64,000 nt of DNA, taken from assembly GCA_001179505.1 (NCBI GenBank), contig CDMY01000246.1, forward strand, positions 86,265 to 150,264, in the 5' to 3' direction. Source of the stretch: Vitrella brassicaformis CCMP3155. Its lineage: Eukaryota > Protista > Chromerida. The position numbers and the translations under genes were made by a program. Under the pieces are notes generated by a model. That model saw only the letters and a program-made list of their open reading frames with translations, had not been told where the DNA came from and did no database searches. Shown here piece by piece: positions 23,248 to 36,642 of this stretch (its first letter is position 1; every line of letters begins with the position of its first letter).

Positions 23248-23805
23248 GTAAGACGCAAAGCGTTTGCACGCCGCCGAAGTGCCTTGAGCGTCTGTCAGCC
23301 TGTGTGTGCTGTACTGTGCTGCGTCAGGTCGGCACAGAAGCATGACACGACACCGGTAGCTGGCCGTTGATGGGCGGATGGATGGATGGAGGGATGGCTG
23401 CTGCCGTGAGTGAGCAGCTTGATGGCGTGTACAGGCGGTGGACAGACAGTTAGGCACCTAGATCGACGGCTGGATGGAGGGGTACTTTACTCAGCCATCG
23501 CTTATGCCCACCACGGCCAAGACATGACAGGGCGGTCGGTGATTCTGCATGTGTAGCTACTTGTTTCCTTGCTCGATGCGTGCGTGCATTGCTGTTGGTG
23601 TCCATGACCTACCTGCCGCCTCACTGTTGTGTGAATGAAAATGCATGCGTCTGTGCCTTCCCAAATCAAGGCGAGTCAGGGCCATGCAGGAAAGCGTGTT
23701 AGGTATTGCAATCCATTGGTCGTTAATGTACACACACTGCACGTCACCCTGGTCCCTCACACCTCTCACACCACACCAGTCAATCACCACATCGCCCCCT
23801 ATCAA

Positions 23806-26800
23806 TCACCTCCTCCCATGGTAGCTACCATCACGATACCCCCCATCCCTCTCCCACCCATCCCTCTGCCGATATCTCCGATCACGGTTACCGCGCAAAT
23901 CGCGGTCAGGTGTGTGGCGGCGCCTGACGTCACGGTCTTGCACGGGCTGCCGACAGGGCGGCGGGGCATAAAGCTCAATCGGCTCCTCCTGAACAACCAC
24001 AAGAGACAGACAGATGCATCCATAGAGGTGGATGGATGGCAGGCCTGATCTGTGTGTGTGTGTGTGTGTGTGTGTCTGTAGGTGATGAGTGCGACTGACC
24101 AGTCGTCGCAGCCGCTCTTCCTGGTCATCGCCTCCCCAGCTCGGGTGCTCATCAGGCCCGCCATAGTGAGAGCGGGTCTCCCGGTCCCGCGGCGCCCCTG
24201 CTGGCACATCCCTCCGGCCCCGTTCGCCCAGCTCAGGGTCGACCATGTCTCTTCCCGCTCTGCTCACGTTGGTGCGGGCCTCGTAGGTGTCCTCTGGTGG
24301 CCCGGGCTGATAGTCCTGCTGTGGATGGCGAACTTCATGCCGGCGTTCCGACGACCTGTGCGTATGTGCCGAGCGGGCCTCATTACTGCGGCGGGGAGGA
24401 GGGAGGAGGGGAGGGATTGGAGAGTAGGAGCTGGAGGGAGAGTCATCGCTGTCCTGGTTGGGGGGAGACTCGATGAGGCTGAGAGTGCGGTCGACCATGC
24501 CGAGCATGGCATTCAGCTTGTGGATTTGCTCAACAACAGCCGAGTTCTGCGGGCCCGATCTCAGGTTGCGCAACTGGTCCAATAGGAGCTCCCTGTGATA
24601 CGCTGTCTCCAGTGGCTGACTATCCTGACGCGAGTGACGAGAGAAAGACGAGCCCGCACTGTCGCGCCTGCCGAGGACAGGTGGTGGGTCAGGACGGTGG
24701 ATCGCAGGTGGGTCAAGCAGGGGGTTGGCGGGCCGCTCGCGATGGTCACTGCCACGGCTGGGGCGGGCATCACGATCGTCGTAGTAGTCACGGCTGCGCC
24801 GGTCTTGCTCGCGACGGTCCTCCACCCGACCACCTCCCATCCGATATTCGTCACCCGGCAGCTCACGGTTTCGATAACCAGCACGACGGCGATCCATCGG
24901 CTCGCGGGGCTGGTAGGGGGGGTCTCGGTCATAGCCCCTCTCCCTCACATCGTCCCGTCTGCTATTATCATGTCTGTCGTAGTCCCTCTCCCTCTCGTCT
25001 CGCCGCTCACGGTCCCGATCGCGATCGTGAGGCGACTCCCGCTGTCTCCTGCCATAGGCGCGGGTATCCTCGACTGGCCCCTGCTCCCTCCTCGCCTGCG
25101 CTCGTGTGTCCTCAGGTGGCATGTCACTCCGAGAAACGACGCTTCTCTCAGGCGACTCCCAGTCATGCCGTTGGCTGCCATGCGAGCGGAGGTAGAAGTG
25201 ATCGTGGCGGTCGTTGAGACGCCTCCCGTCTGCAGGACCTGGCTCACGGTCACGCTCGGGTGCACGTCGAGTGGCCGTCGGTCCGGTGGGTTGAGTCAGC
25301 TGGGCAGCAGCTCCCCGCTCCGCGACGACGGATACCGACTCCAGCTCATCGGTGTTGACGGCAGACGGCGGCCCCCCTTGTCCCTGAGCTGGCGGCGACG
25401 GCCCTTGGAAGGGCATCTCCGGCATCTCTCCCAAGTCTCGCACCTCGGGCATATCTCGCACCATCTGTGGCGCCGGCTCTCGCCCCACCGCGGCATTCGA
25501 GTAGACCTCCCACACATCGTCAAGAGACTCGTAGTTGGCCGTGCATGGAGCGGCGGGGCCAGCTGTGGGCTGGTCTGGCGACACACTGAGATAGCCGGCC
25601 GGAGGCGACGCCGCCATGTCGAAAGACGAAGGGGCCGGCCTGGCCTCGGCTTTCGCCTTCGGCTGTGGAGACGGTGAGGAGTCCAAGCCGCTTCCACCTG
25701 CCGCCGCAGACACACCTGCTGCACGACCCTGCTGGCCCAGGCTGTGCCGAACGATTCGCCGGGCAGCAGCCTGGTCAACGCGAATAATGAGGGGCGGGGT
25801 AGCCCGGCTGGCAGAGGGGACTGCCTTGGGTGCAGGAGAAGGGCCATTGTCTGGCGCATCCTCAGACAATACCCGTGGCGGCAGGGGAGGCCTGCTGTTG
25901 CCGGGCGGCCCACGGGGGATGGGGGGACTTGGGGTCTGCTGCTCAAGAGAGAGGCGCTGCACCCTGTCGGAGAGGCGGTCACGCTCGAAGGCTGAACAGT
26001 AGGACCCAAACAGAGGGGCGGGAGAGCGCTCGGGCAGCTCTGATGTTAATTACCCCACACCAAGGAAGGCAAGCAATCCAAACCATCACCTAGGTGTGCG
26101 GCCAGCGTACCTTCATCAGGCTCGAACGCAGACATCGCCTCATCGTCGCGGATGCACTCAGACGGCGGGGGGCGAAAAGCGTTCGGGTTGTGCCGGTAGA
26201 AGTTCCTGTAGCGCTGCTTGAGCACCTTGAGCGAGTCACCGAAGAACACCCATGGGAACGACCGGAAGGTGTGCGAGCGATCTCCCGCCGTCGGCTCCGA
26301 CGTGTCGCTGGTGGAGCGGGGGATGTTGGCATCGACTCTGTGGGGTCGTGGATGATACGCTGCGATGAATGCCGCCGATGCGCGGACCAGCATGCGCTCA
26401 TTGGCCCGCTGCCGCTCCTCATCGCTGGCACCGATGTCGCCCCCGTCGTCGAAGAGTCGTCGCTTCGTTGCGTCCACCTCGGCCCGCAAGGCATACGAGA
26501 GCTGAGATTGAAGGCAGAGGAATGGTGTGGTGGACATGCAGTGGATTGAGGTACGTATTTGTGGGAGTTTGTGGCCATCTGACCTTGCTGGAGAGATCAC
26601 GGTCCTTCTTTTGTCTGCCGTGGACGTGTGTGATGCACCCGGTGAGCAGCTGCGGACAGAGAGACAGGGCGTCAATATTGGTGTAGTGTACCTATTGTAT
26701 CATGTGTTGTGTCGTGTTGTGTGGGGTAGGTACCTCGCTCTCTTCCGCGATGCCGTACTGCTGCATGAGGTGCACCACCTGACACAGACATGACACACAG

Positions 26801-29800
26801 ACATTCACCAAGCAGAGATGATGATGGTCAGCAAGTGAGGCTCTCCATCCGTCCCGCATGCCTGCCTGCCTGCCTGCCTGGATGGATGGATGGATGCCCA
26901 CCTTTTGCCTCCATCGGTTGCATTCCATGCGCATCTCATCCACATGGTCCATGGCGTCCTTGTGCAGCACGTCGGGGTCGACCACACCCGGCGGCATCGG
27001 CTCATTCTCCGGCCAACGCCACTCATCCGCGTCCGCATCCGCATCATCCTCCTGATCGCCCTCATCACCCCCACCTCCCAAAGCATCGGTCTGTGGCCTG
27101 TCAGGGCTCTCCGTGGCGGGCGGCGGCTGCTCGACTGTCTCGAAGAAGACGTCTCGCGGCATCCGCATCTGCGCCCCATCCACATACACCATGGGGGTGT
27201 CGTCATCGTCATGCTCCTGCCGGCCACTCATCCGGGCACGAACTCGGTTCTTCATCCAGCTGACGATTGCTGCTGCAGACGGCTGGTCTCGCCGCAGCAG
27301 GTAAGTCGCTGGGCCAGCACAAGCGGCGGCTGCTGGTGGGTCAGGTATGGTTATGTCGGGTGTGGGGGTGGTGGCGTCGCGCTGCTCGGGAGGGGATGAC
27401 ATGGCCTCCGACGTGTTGTCGCTGACGTCAGCGTCACCCATCCGCCCAGCAGAGTCGTCGGGGGTGCGTTGCGACAGGCTGTTGCTACTGGGAGCGCTCG
27501 AGACGTGGGAGGGTCGTTGGGTGCGCGTGGGCGGCCGCGGTGGAGGTCGGCGGCGTGTGAGGGGTGTGGGGCGCTTGACGTAGAAGTCGGTTACTTGGTA
27601 GAGCTCGCAGAAGAAGAGGGACGCCTGGAGGCTGGTGAATCGGACGTCGTATACGTGACGCTGGTCGCTGGCCTCTGGCTGGAACGGCGTGATGGCGGGA
27701 CGCCTGATGGGCGCACACAATAGGGTGAGGTGACAGAGGGGCGGGCGCAGTGGTTGTGGGTGGATATGTCGCTTACCCTCCCAGGGATGACCGCTGGTCG
27801 GTTCTCCGTCGGTCGATGCCGCTGATGGGCGTGTGCTCCCGCGTGATGCCGTGCAGGTGCAGGTATCGCGTCAGTGTCCTCCGCAACTCGTCCTGAGATC
27901 GCAATACAGACCACAAGCGCACACGTCCCCTTCTACTCGCCGCTGTAGCGTGTTGCCCACGCACCTTGTCGAGGGAGCAGTGTTCGACGGTGACGGCGAA
28001 TGTTTTGTTGTAGAAGTGCTCCATCTGGGAGATGGCGTCGAAGAAGAAACTACGGCTGTCAGAATCTGCATAACCACACACCACACCGGGGAGGGGATCA
28101 GCACCCCTCTCTGTCATTGGCATGAATGTGTGCACACCTGTGGATGTTCGCGGGGCGCCCCGTGCGTCTGTGGGCTCCTTGACGTCGAAGGCCTGCAGGG
28201 TCTTCTCGTCGGCTGTGGCGTCCGACCTGGCTTTGAGCTCGCTCCAGCACACGTCGAAGCACGCCGCTGCCTTGACCGTCTGCGCACACACATCCACACA
28301 CACATCCATCCATCCACCCTCAGGGGTGCACTAATGGCGTCAAATTCGTTCATCCATATGTGTTTGTGTGTGTGTGTGTGTGTGTCTTGACCTGGAAAAG
28401 GATATCGAGGTAGGACTGGTTTGGCCCTGCCCGTCTGATGAGGAGGTCGACGAAGGCCAGATCCTTCGACCTGATCCACTTGACGATCAGCCGCAGCTGC
28501 TCGCACAGCCGGGCACGGTTGAAGCCATCCTCTGACATACATGACGCACACAAACCAACAAAGGGAAATCCATGGATAAAGGATAAAGGGCAGTGGGTGA
28601 GGTGCACCGCTAGGCCTACCGGGAGCCAGGGGTGTGATGCGCCTGACGCGGCCGATGTCGGGGCCGCCGACCAAGTCCTTGTCGAAGTTCTTGCTGTTCT
28701 TCTCACGCATCAGGCACGTGCCGTAGCTCTTGATCAGCGAATCCTCCTCTGCACCACACACACACACACACACACGGCCACATACAAAGGGCAGCGGTTG
28801 ACACGTGTGTCCGTCTGCGTGCGTGTTTGTGCCGACCGCCCGACTGACCAAGTGAGACACGGACAGTGGCCTTTCTGCCAGTGCTCTTCCACTTGATTTG
28901 CAGCTTCCCTCCTGGGATCCGCCTGATGAGCTCCGCAGCCACCTCGGGGCTGCTCACGGGCACCTGCGCCGACCAGCACTCCGACACATGACCCGGCGAC
29001 ACCTCCCGGGGGTACCCCCAGCACCTCTGCAAGCGACCAACCAGCCATGTGTCGGTGGGGTGTTTGTGCGGCTGCCCTGCCATCCAGCCAGCGACTGACC
29101 GTGACTTGGTGTGTGGGTATGATGTTGTCTCCGCGGTTGAGGGGCAGGTCGAGTTTGCGGCGGAATTCTTTCTCGAGAATCTCCTCCAGCACAATGGGCC
29201 CGTTGTCGACGGGGATGTGGGACACAAACAGGTGGTCGCGCTGACCTGATTGGCGAACACACAAGCATACACACACAGGGGGGCCAGAGGGTCGGGTGAG
29301 GTGGTGTGCTGTGCTTACGGTCGCATGCTTCTGCATGTCGAAACTCGTCCTCCACAGCGATCTGCAAGGGCTCGCTCGCCACCGACGTGTCGCTGAGACC
29401 CCCCTCGCGAAGCCACACCTGAAGGAAAGGCATACAAAGCCGACTGCCACCTGTCTGTTTGTGTGTGTGTGTGTGTTGGTGCGATGGATCCGCAGCTACC
29501 TGCACTTGGAACTGGACGGTCTCCATCGTCAGAGGGATGGACAGCTCCTCTCGCGCGTCGCTTCTGCGTGTGTTGTACACGAGCTCTTCGAACGGCGCGT
29601 TGCACTGGTAGAGGTTGCTGAACATGTGGCTGTTGCTGGGGTGCCGGGGGTGCTGGCCGTCGATGAGCCCCCTGATGAGGATGCGGTGCCCCACCGCCCT
29701 CTGGGCAAGCCCGAAAGGGATCCGCCAGCTCAGCAGCACACCTCTCGCCACCGGCCGCTGGGTCGCCGGGTCGCGGACCAGCCATGGCTCTGGCGCCACC

Positions 29801-32800
29801 TCTGGCCGCACCGGACGGTGGCCTGCAGTTCACACGACAGACACACAGAAATGCTGGTTGGCTGCTTGGGTCGCTGGTTGGTGTCGTGTTTGTGTGCTGA
29901 CTGACCGGCGTCACTGATGGCGTTGTCGACTGTGTCAGCGAGGTAGAGCATCTCGCGGTATATCTCGCCGCACACCGAGATGCTGGGGAAGACGCGGCCC
30001 CGCTCCCAGTGGATCGGCTCGGCCAAAAAGTCGGCGCGGTCCTTGGCCGTCCACTCGACCGGCAGCTTCACACACCGACCTGTTTTGGCGCTGTCGACGG
30101 CCTCTGCGTGCAGGGCGGCGAGGCGAAGGCAGGCGGGATCGTTGGCCTGGCGCGACAAGGACACAGAGAGACATGCACGAGGGTGCTGAGTGTGGGCGGA
30201 CCCGCCTGCCCGCCCGCCTGGTCACCTTGAGCTCGGCGTATATCTGGGGTTGGTAGACCATGTTGAGCCAGGCCACAGCTATCTTACCCAGGTTGTCGCT
30301 GCAGAAGTAATTGATGAAATACTCCTACACACACACAGTGTCACCAACACATCCATCCATCGATCCATCCACCCACCCATGCGCCCACTTGCCTTGAGCA
30401 GCCTCTGTCTCTCGGCGGGGTTCTCAAGTGGGTTGTCGTCCCGCCCCGCCGCCCTCCCCTTCGGCCGCGGCTTGTAGTACTCCGCACCAGGGGGATTGGG
30501 CGTCGGCGGAATCAGGCGTTGGTCCCATATCACGTGGTACTGGTCACCTGACAGACACAAAGAGAGACGGAGAGAGAGCGATGCATCGGTGTGTCGGTCG
30601 CGCACCATCGAGGTCTGATCCGCTGAGCTCGTTTGGGTGCGGCCGCGAGCCCTTGACGGGGAAGACTATGACGTTGACGCAGTGTCGCAGCTCAGGTCTG
30701 TCGACCGCCTCGAAGACGCGTGTGTCGCCGGGGTCGAAGCAGGGGTTCTTGGACACATTCACCCTCCCTGATGACAGACAGACAGACACAGTGGACCATT
30801 ACACAGACAGGTGCATCTGTGGGGTGTTGATTGTCCTCTCCCCCCCCTCCCCGCCCTCCACACACACACACCCCGACCGACCTGTGATGGTGTGTTCGTG
30901 TCCGTCTGGGTCCTTGACCCTCACGTGCACCTGCCCCTCCTCCAGTACTCGAGCCTCGCTCTCGTCAGACACACCATGCAGCACCGCACCTTGCTGTCTC
31001 ACACAGACAGACAGCCAGACATCACCAAGCCCACGTAGCTGGCTGGATGGCTGTGGGTGCATGGGGCTGGCTGGCTGGGTGGCTGTGTGTGTGTGTATGT
31101 TGGCGCCTTACCTCTACGTATAGGTGTGTCTTTGCGAGGATGTCCTTGACGGTGAACCGGCGGATCTCGCTGAGGCACGCGCGCAGGAAGGGCTCGTCGC
31201 TCACGTTGAACCCCTGACGCAGAAAGTCCCCCAGCAGCGCCAAGAAGAAGTGATCGCGGCCGAGGTGAGCCAGCATACGCAGCGCCGCACCTGACACATG
31301 ACACATGACACATGACACAGGGGAGGGAAGAGAATGCCAGCCATTGTGTGGCTGGGTCGGTGGGTGTGGGGTGCGCTGTCTACCGTTGTCGTCAAGCGCC
31401 TGTCGGATGTCTGTGAGCATCTCGTCTTTGAGTTGGTGGAAGACCTCTGGCTTGACGGCTCGGGTGAGGAGCAGCGTGATAACCTCCCTGTTGAGATGGA
31501 GGGGGATGAACCGCGCGTGGTCACAAGTCTCCAATTGCTGATGGGCGGAACGGTGGGACAGCACGAAAGCGAGCGTCTCCATGTGTGTGTGAGGGCGTGT
31601 GTGGTTGTGCCTACGTCATGGTGGGCTTTGAACTTCAGCTGAGACTGCCGGACCGCCATGCGGACACTGAACCACCGGGAAACAGCCCACTCAATGAAGG
31701 GACGGTGCCCCCTCACACACACACAGAGGTGTGGCTTACGGCTCTGGGTGTTTCTGCCTGAAGGAGGGGTCGAGTACGATCATGCCCTTGACACCGTTGA
31801 ACCGAATCTGACGAACACAGAACACCACACCAGGCCAAGGGGACACTTATGACGTGACGGACGATGTGCGGCAGGTAGGTACACACCTGGAAGGCGCAGG
31901 GCACATAGTCGATCTTGAGCTCCGTCGCCACCTCCTTGGCAACACTCCTGTCGCAATACCCACACCCATCTGACACAGCCAAAGCCAAGAAGTCAGGAGG
32001 GGTCATCCATCCACTCATCCACCCCGCAACGGACCGGTAAATTCGTAGTCTCCTCTGTCTGGGTCGTCTGGGTCGATGGGCGCGGTGATGTCCTTCTCGA
32101 CTACCCACTCCTCTGGCGCGATCCTGATGGCCTGGCGGGTGGCGCTGAAGCACTGACCCTGACGCGCCGCATACTTGCCTGCAGGTGGGGGTGGGTGACG
32201 CACACACACACACAGATGGGTGGGCCAGTCGTATGTGTGTGTATGTTTACGGCCAGACCAGGCATGTCGATGCTCGTGAAGTCGCCCATGAAGGACTCGA
32301 TGTAGACGAACTCCAGCTGCTCATCTGAATCAACCACACACACACACACACGACCACATCCACCCAGCTGCTCGTGTGAGTGCTGGCTACCCCACCCCCC
32401 CATCCCACCATGCTCCTACCTGGCCTGAACATCCAGCAACCGCAGTTGCGCAACTGCGATGACGAGTAGGCCAGCAACTCATACGGCGGCAGACAGGCCA
32501 GGCTGATCCCTGAAGGAGCGAGAGAGGGAGGGAGGGAGGGAGGGACAACACCAGCACCTCGGACGCCCAACGTACCCCGTGTGGACATATTTCGAGAGTC
32601 TCTACCTACCGTCATCGAGTACCTTCTTCATCCGGTGCGTGACGACTTCGTCCAGCGACGCCTCGTAGAAGAGACGGTCACAGTCCTCCTCTGCAACGAG
32701 TGACGGGCAGCAACACAGGAGAGGGCCGTGAATGTGCGGCATCAGTTGTGTCTTTCCTGTTCGCCTCTGCTGACCGACGAACGCGACGCGAAGAAAGTTG

Positions 32801-35800
32801 TCGGTCTTGTCGCGGAACCGACGCAGCACACTGACGAGAAGACACACACATAGACACAGACAGGGAGTGTCTGTGTCTGTGTGTGGATGTGGCTATGTGT
32901 TGTGTTGTGTCGTGTTGCATACCGGTTGGACTGCTCGACGAAGGGCCCCCTGACGTACATCTTGAGTGGCGTGACGTCGACGTGCAGGATGCGCATGCAG
33001 TGCTCGGGGTAGTCCATGAGGGTGTGGACCAGGCCCAGTTGCCGCTGACCACGGGCCGCGATCCTCTCAAACTCTGAGAACCCGAAACACCACACACAGA
33101 CAAAGACAAGAGAGAGAGAGATGCAATACGCGCGTTGGTCTGTTTGTGGTGGCAGCCAGCAGACCTACTACCTTGTTTCGGGTTCATGATGGGCTGGCCG
33201 ATCTTCTCCATCGCCTGGTACAACACACAGACACACTCCATCCTCCCCTCCCTCCCATTTGTGCGTTGGGCGGTGGTGTGCCGACCGTCAGACAGTAGAT
33301 TTTGACCATGGGGTCGAGCTGGGCGGCCAGCAGGCAGTCGTTCACGAACGATGGGTCAAGCTGACCACACAATGAATGGCCACAGAAGGGATCGCATCCA
33401 TCCATCCATCCATTCCCCTCTCTCTTGAACACCGACCCACCGCATTGGAGCCCTGCAGCAGCCCTGCATGTATGACGCGCACAAACACAACAAACACCAG
33501 ACAATGATTGGTACAGGAGTCGGTGCGTGACGAATTGGTGCTCACCCACCGTTTGTGACCAGCACTTGGTATGAGGCGAAGAGCAGGAAGCCGTGCTCCC
33601 CACTCGTCAGCAGCTCCATCGACACACTACAAATCATCAACACACCACACCACAAACCCAACACACGTGTGTGTGGAGACGTGGCCGCCGAGCCGTTTAC
33701 TTGTCGTCCAGGCCACCGACCGGTCAATGCCCGTGAAGATGTCGTTGACGGATGGGATCTGCAGAGGGGGTGCGTCGGGCGGGAGGTCCTCCTGCTCGGC
33801 CCGCGGCAGAAAGGTGGGCCTGTCCTGGTGCAAGTGGACGTAGCGGATGTCCTCGTACGGACACGACGCAATCCCACCAGACCTGCAGGTGGGGTGGTGA
33901 ATGAGGGAACCGTGCGTGTCGTGTCGTGTCGTGCTGTGTTGGGTGCGGTCGGTGTGGTGTGGTGTGGTCGGTGCGGTGTATATGGCCGAGCGCAACTACC
34001 CGTTGTCGCTAGTGGGCAGCAGCCCTGCCTTCATGAGCGACGGTGCGATGTTCTGCTCGAAATGGGCCTGCAGCCATCCATCAAACACACACCGCACCAA
34101 GCATGTATGGATGCGTCTGTGTGTGTGTGGGGGGGTGTCAGGCGGGGTCTTCGTCTTACGTGTCGCTTGGGACAGACCACCGTGATGCACCACGAGGCCT
34201 CCAGGGCCTGACAAACACACACATTGCTGTGTGAGTCAAGGACCACAGGACTTTCTGTCTCCTTTTGCCCTGCCCACCGTGACGTCCTTGGTGCAGGGGT
34301 GGACCGTGACGCCGTCGCCCCACTTGCCACCTTTGCCCTTGCCCTTGCCCTTGCCGGCCGCTGGGTGGGCGTCGTCGCCCCAATCGCTCCCCCACACGCC
34401 GTCGTCGGGTCGGCCGCTCGGCCGTGAGGACGACGAAGAAGACGCCCCCATGTTGCCTCGGGGCTTCTTCGGGCCGCGTGTCTGGTCGAACCCACCCTAC
34501 ACACACGAACAGAGAGACAGTACGGGGCGTGTGTGGGAGTGTGGGAGGGTCTGTATGTGTGTTGTACCGGTGGCTGGTAGCCGTCGTGTCCTGTGGTGGT
34601 GGTGGTGGATATGATCCAGGGGTCGGTCATGCGGCTGAAGTCGACCCGGTTGTTGGGGCTCTCATCGGGGCGGTCCGACTCGTCCGGGCTGAGGTGGCGG
34701 AAGCCGTCGCCGACGTCACGATAGGACAACTGCACCGATCGCACCAATGGATAGAGGGACGGACACACGCACACAAGAGGTGTGTGGTGTGGCGTGGTGC
34801 GTGTGTGCGGGGTGGTACCTACCCTGGGTGCTCTCGAGAAGAGGATGACCAGGTGGATGTCGTCATCTTGGTCGGGGGCACTGGCAGGGACCAGGAGCAC
34901 ACGCAGCTGGACATGCTTGAAGGGCCACTCGAGCCGGTAGCACCGGTAGTCCTTGCTGACCACACATACACAGGGAAGGAAGAGGATCACAGCACCATCC
35001 ATCCATCCACTCATCCGGCGAGGATGTGTGTGTGCTGTGTCTGTGTGTCTCTGTGTCTGTGTGTCTGTGTGTCATGCTCACGTGAATGTTATCCGCAGCA
35101 TCCTCTGGGTGAGGAGGAAGAGGCAGCCGACCACGCCACGCGTCAAGGCGTCACAGTCCTCCTCATAGTCGTGCTGCACTAAGAGCGAATTCTGCACGCA
35201 CACACACACACACACACACATGGACGGCCAGCTGGACGGACGGATGAATGGATGGTTGGACAGCTGGACGGTGGTGTGCTTACGGCTTTCCGCAATTGTT
35301 TCAGCTCCTTGTACGTCTCTATAAGTTTTTCCTTGACCTGCGCACACACACCACACACCAGCCCACCAACTGCCCCCCTGCTACGACACACGCCCGCAGG
35401 TACTCAGTTGTCACTCAGTCACTGACCATGTTGCCGAAGTACAGCCGCGTGCCGAAGAGCGCCGTGGTCCGGTGGGAAGGCTTGGATGCGTCCAGGTCGA
35501 CCGACAGCATGGCCTGCAGCGGGCCCTCACGCTGGTGGGTCTCCTGGCAGGCGTGCTCTGCCCTGTCACGGCTGTAATACCGGATGACCGCCACGCCATC
35601 GCCCGACATCCAGATCCTGGCAGGCACCAAAAAAGCGTTCCAACTTCCCCTCCCTCTCTGCTCTGCGTGTGTGCGTGTGTGCGTGTGTGCGTGTGCGTCA
35701 TCCAAGAGAGTACTCACTCATCGACGAGTCCATGGTTCTCATAGGTCTGCCGCAACTCCCATGCCGTCGTCCGTGGGTTCAGCCCTTTGACCACCAACGT

Positions 35801-36109
35801 GCCGGAAGACTGCTCGAGGCCCTGCACACGTCAACAGGCAGCCAAGGGGCAGACAGAATATGGATGGAAATTGCCCTTCTCTCAGATCACAAATCAGTGT
35901 CGGTGTGCTCACCCACCTCATGCTCCTTGCGCCAGCTCGTCTGACAGGCTCTGCATGGGCCGCCCTTGACCAGAAACACAGATCCTGCATGACACAGAGA
36001 CGTCATGGTCCATGGCGCGCACACACACACACAGACGGGCATGAGGAGCATCCCATCCCGTAGGTGAGATCTCACCGTCGATGTCGGCGTACTCATGGTC
36101 CGCTGCCAT
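23806..36109 (-). CDS. RDR: Eukaryotic RNA-dependent RNA polymerase (RDR1/2/6-like, DLDGD) with large insertions and an Arg/Asp-rich tail
   Basis: ~35 exons. N-terminal RRM (TLVVKGLNP...), VTPLKMYVRGPFVEQSNRVLR...DNFLRVAF, YELLAYSSSQLR, MGDF...GKYAARQGQCFS, SDGCG, AFQVRFNGVKG, LNREVITLL, KNPCFDPGD, catalytic ELSGSDLDGDQYHVIWD (split by an intron at ~30548-30605), SDNLGKIA, LAALHAEAVDSAKTG, LMQQYGIAEESELLTG, RSFPW. Start MAADHEYADID at 36109; stop at 23806. Confidence 0.92.
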
Positions 36110-36642
36110 GATTCAATCAACCACAGAAGAGAACCAACATCTACTCATCAGTTCGACTACGGGGCAGCACGATGCAGTGACGGCTAGCTGAGGAGGCCCG
36201 TGTGCTGGCGTGCTTCTCTTCGGCTCACGAGAAAAACCCAAAAGCAGACGCGATCGCAGTTCAGTCGAGCTCGCAAATGCGATCTCAAAACCTCCAGGCT
36301 TTTTTTCGCGCCAGAGCTTCCAACGACGCACGAGATGATGATGCACAACAGCGAGAACACAGGTTCGTGGCGTGACGAGACGTGGTGACCCGCTGTCTGG
36401 CAAGATGGTCAAGTAGCCGCTCCCAAGCAGTGGGGGTGGCGGACAGCCGCAGCAGGGCGTGGAGATTTGTTCCCACGTCGCCGTCGAGAAGACAACGGCG
36501 TCAAGACACGTCATTCGGCGTTTCCGACTGCCAGCGGATCTGTGAGTGGTGGTGGTAACTGAGAGAGGCCACGTTGCCGTCCGTGTGCAGCACCCAGCGT
36601 CCCTCCCTCCCTCCCCTCCCTCCCCCCTGTGCGATATCCCGC

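Noticed and set aside
23806-36109. RdRP as an endogenous RNA virus element
   Set aside because: It has the cellular double-psi-barrel DLDGD motif and ~35 spliceosomal introns, not a viral GDD palm polymerase.
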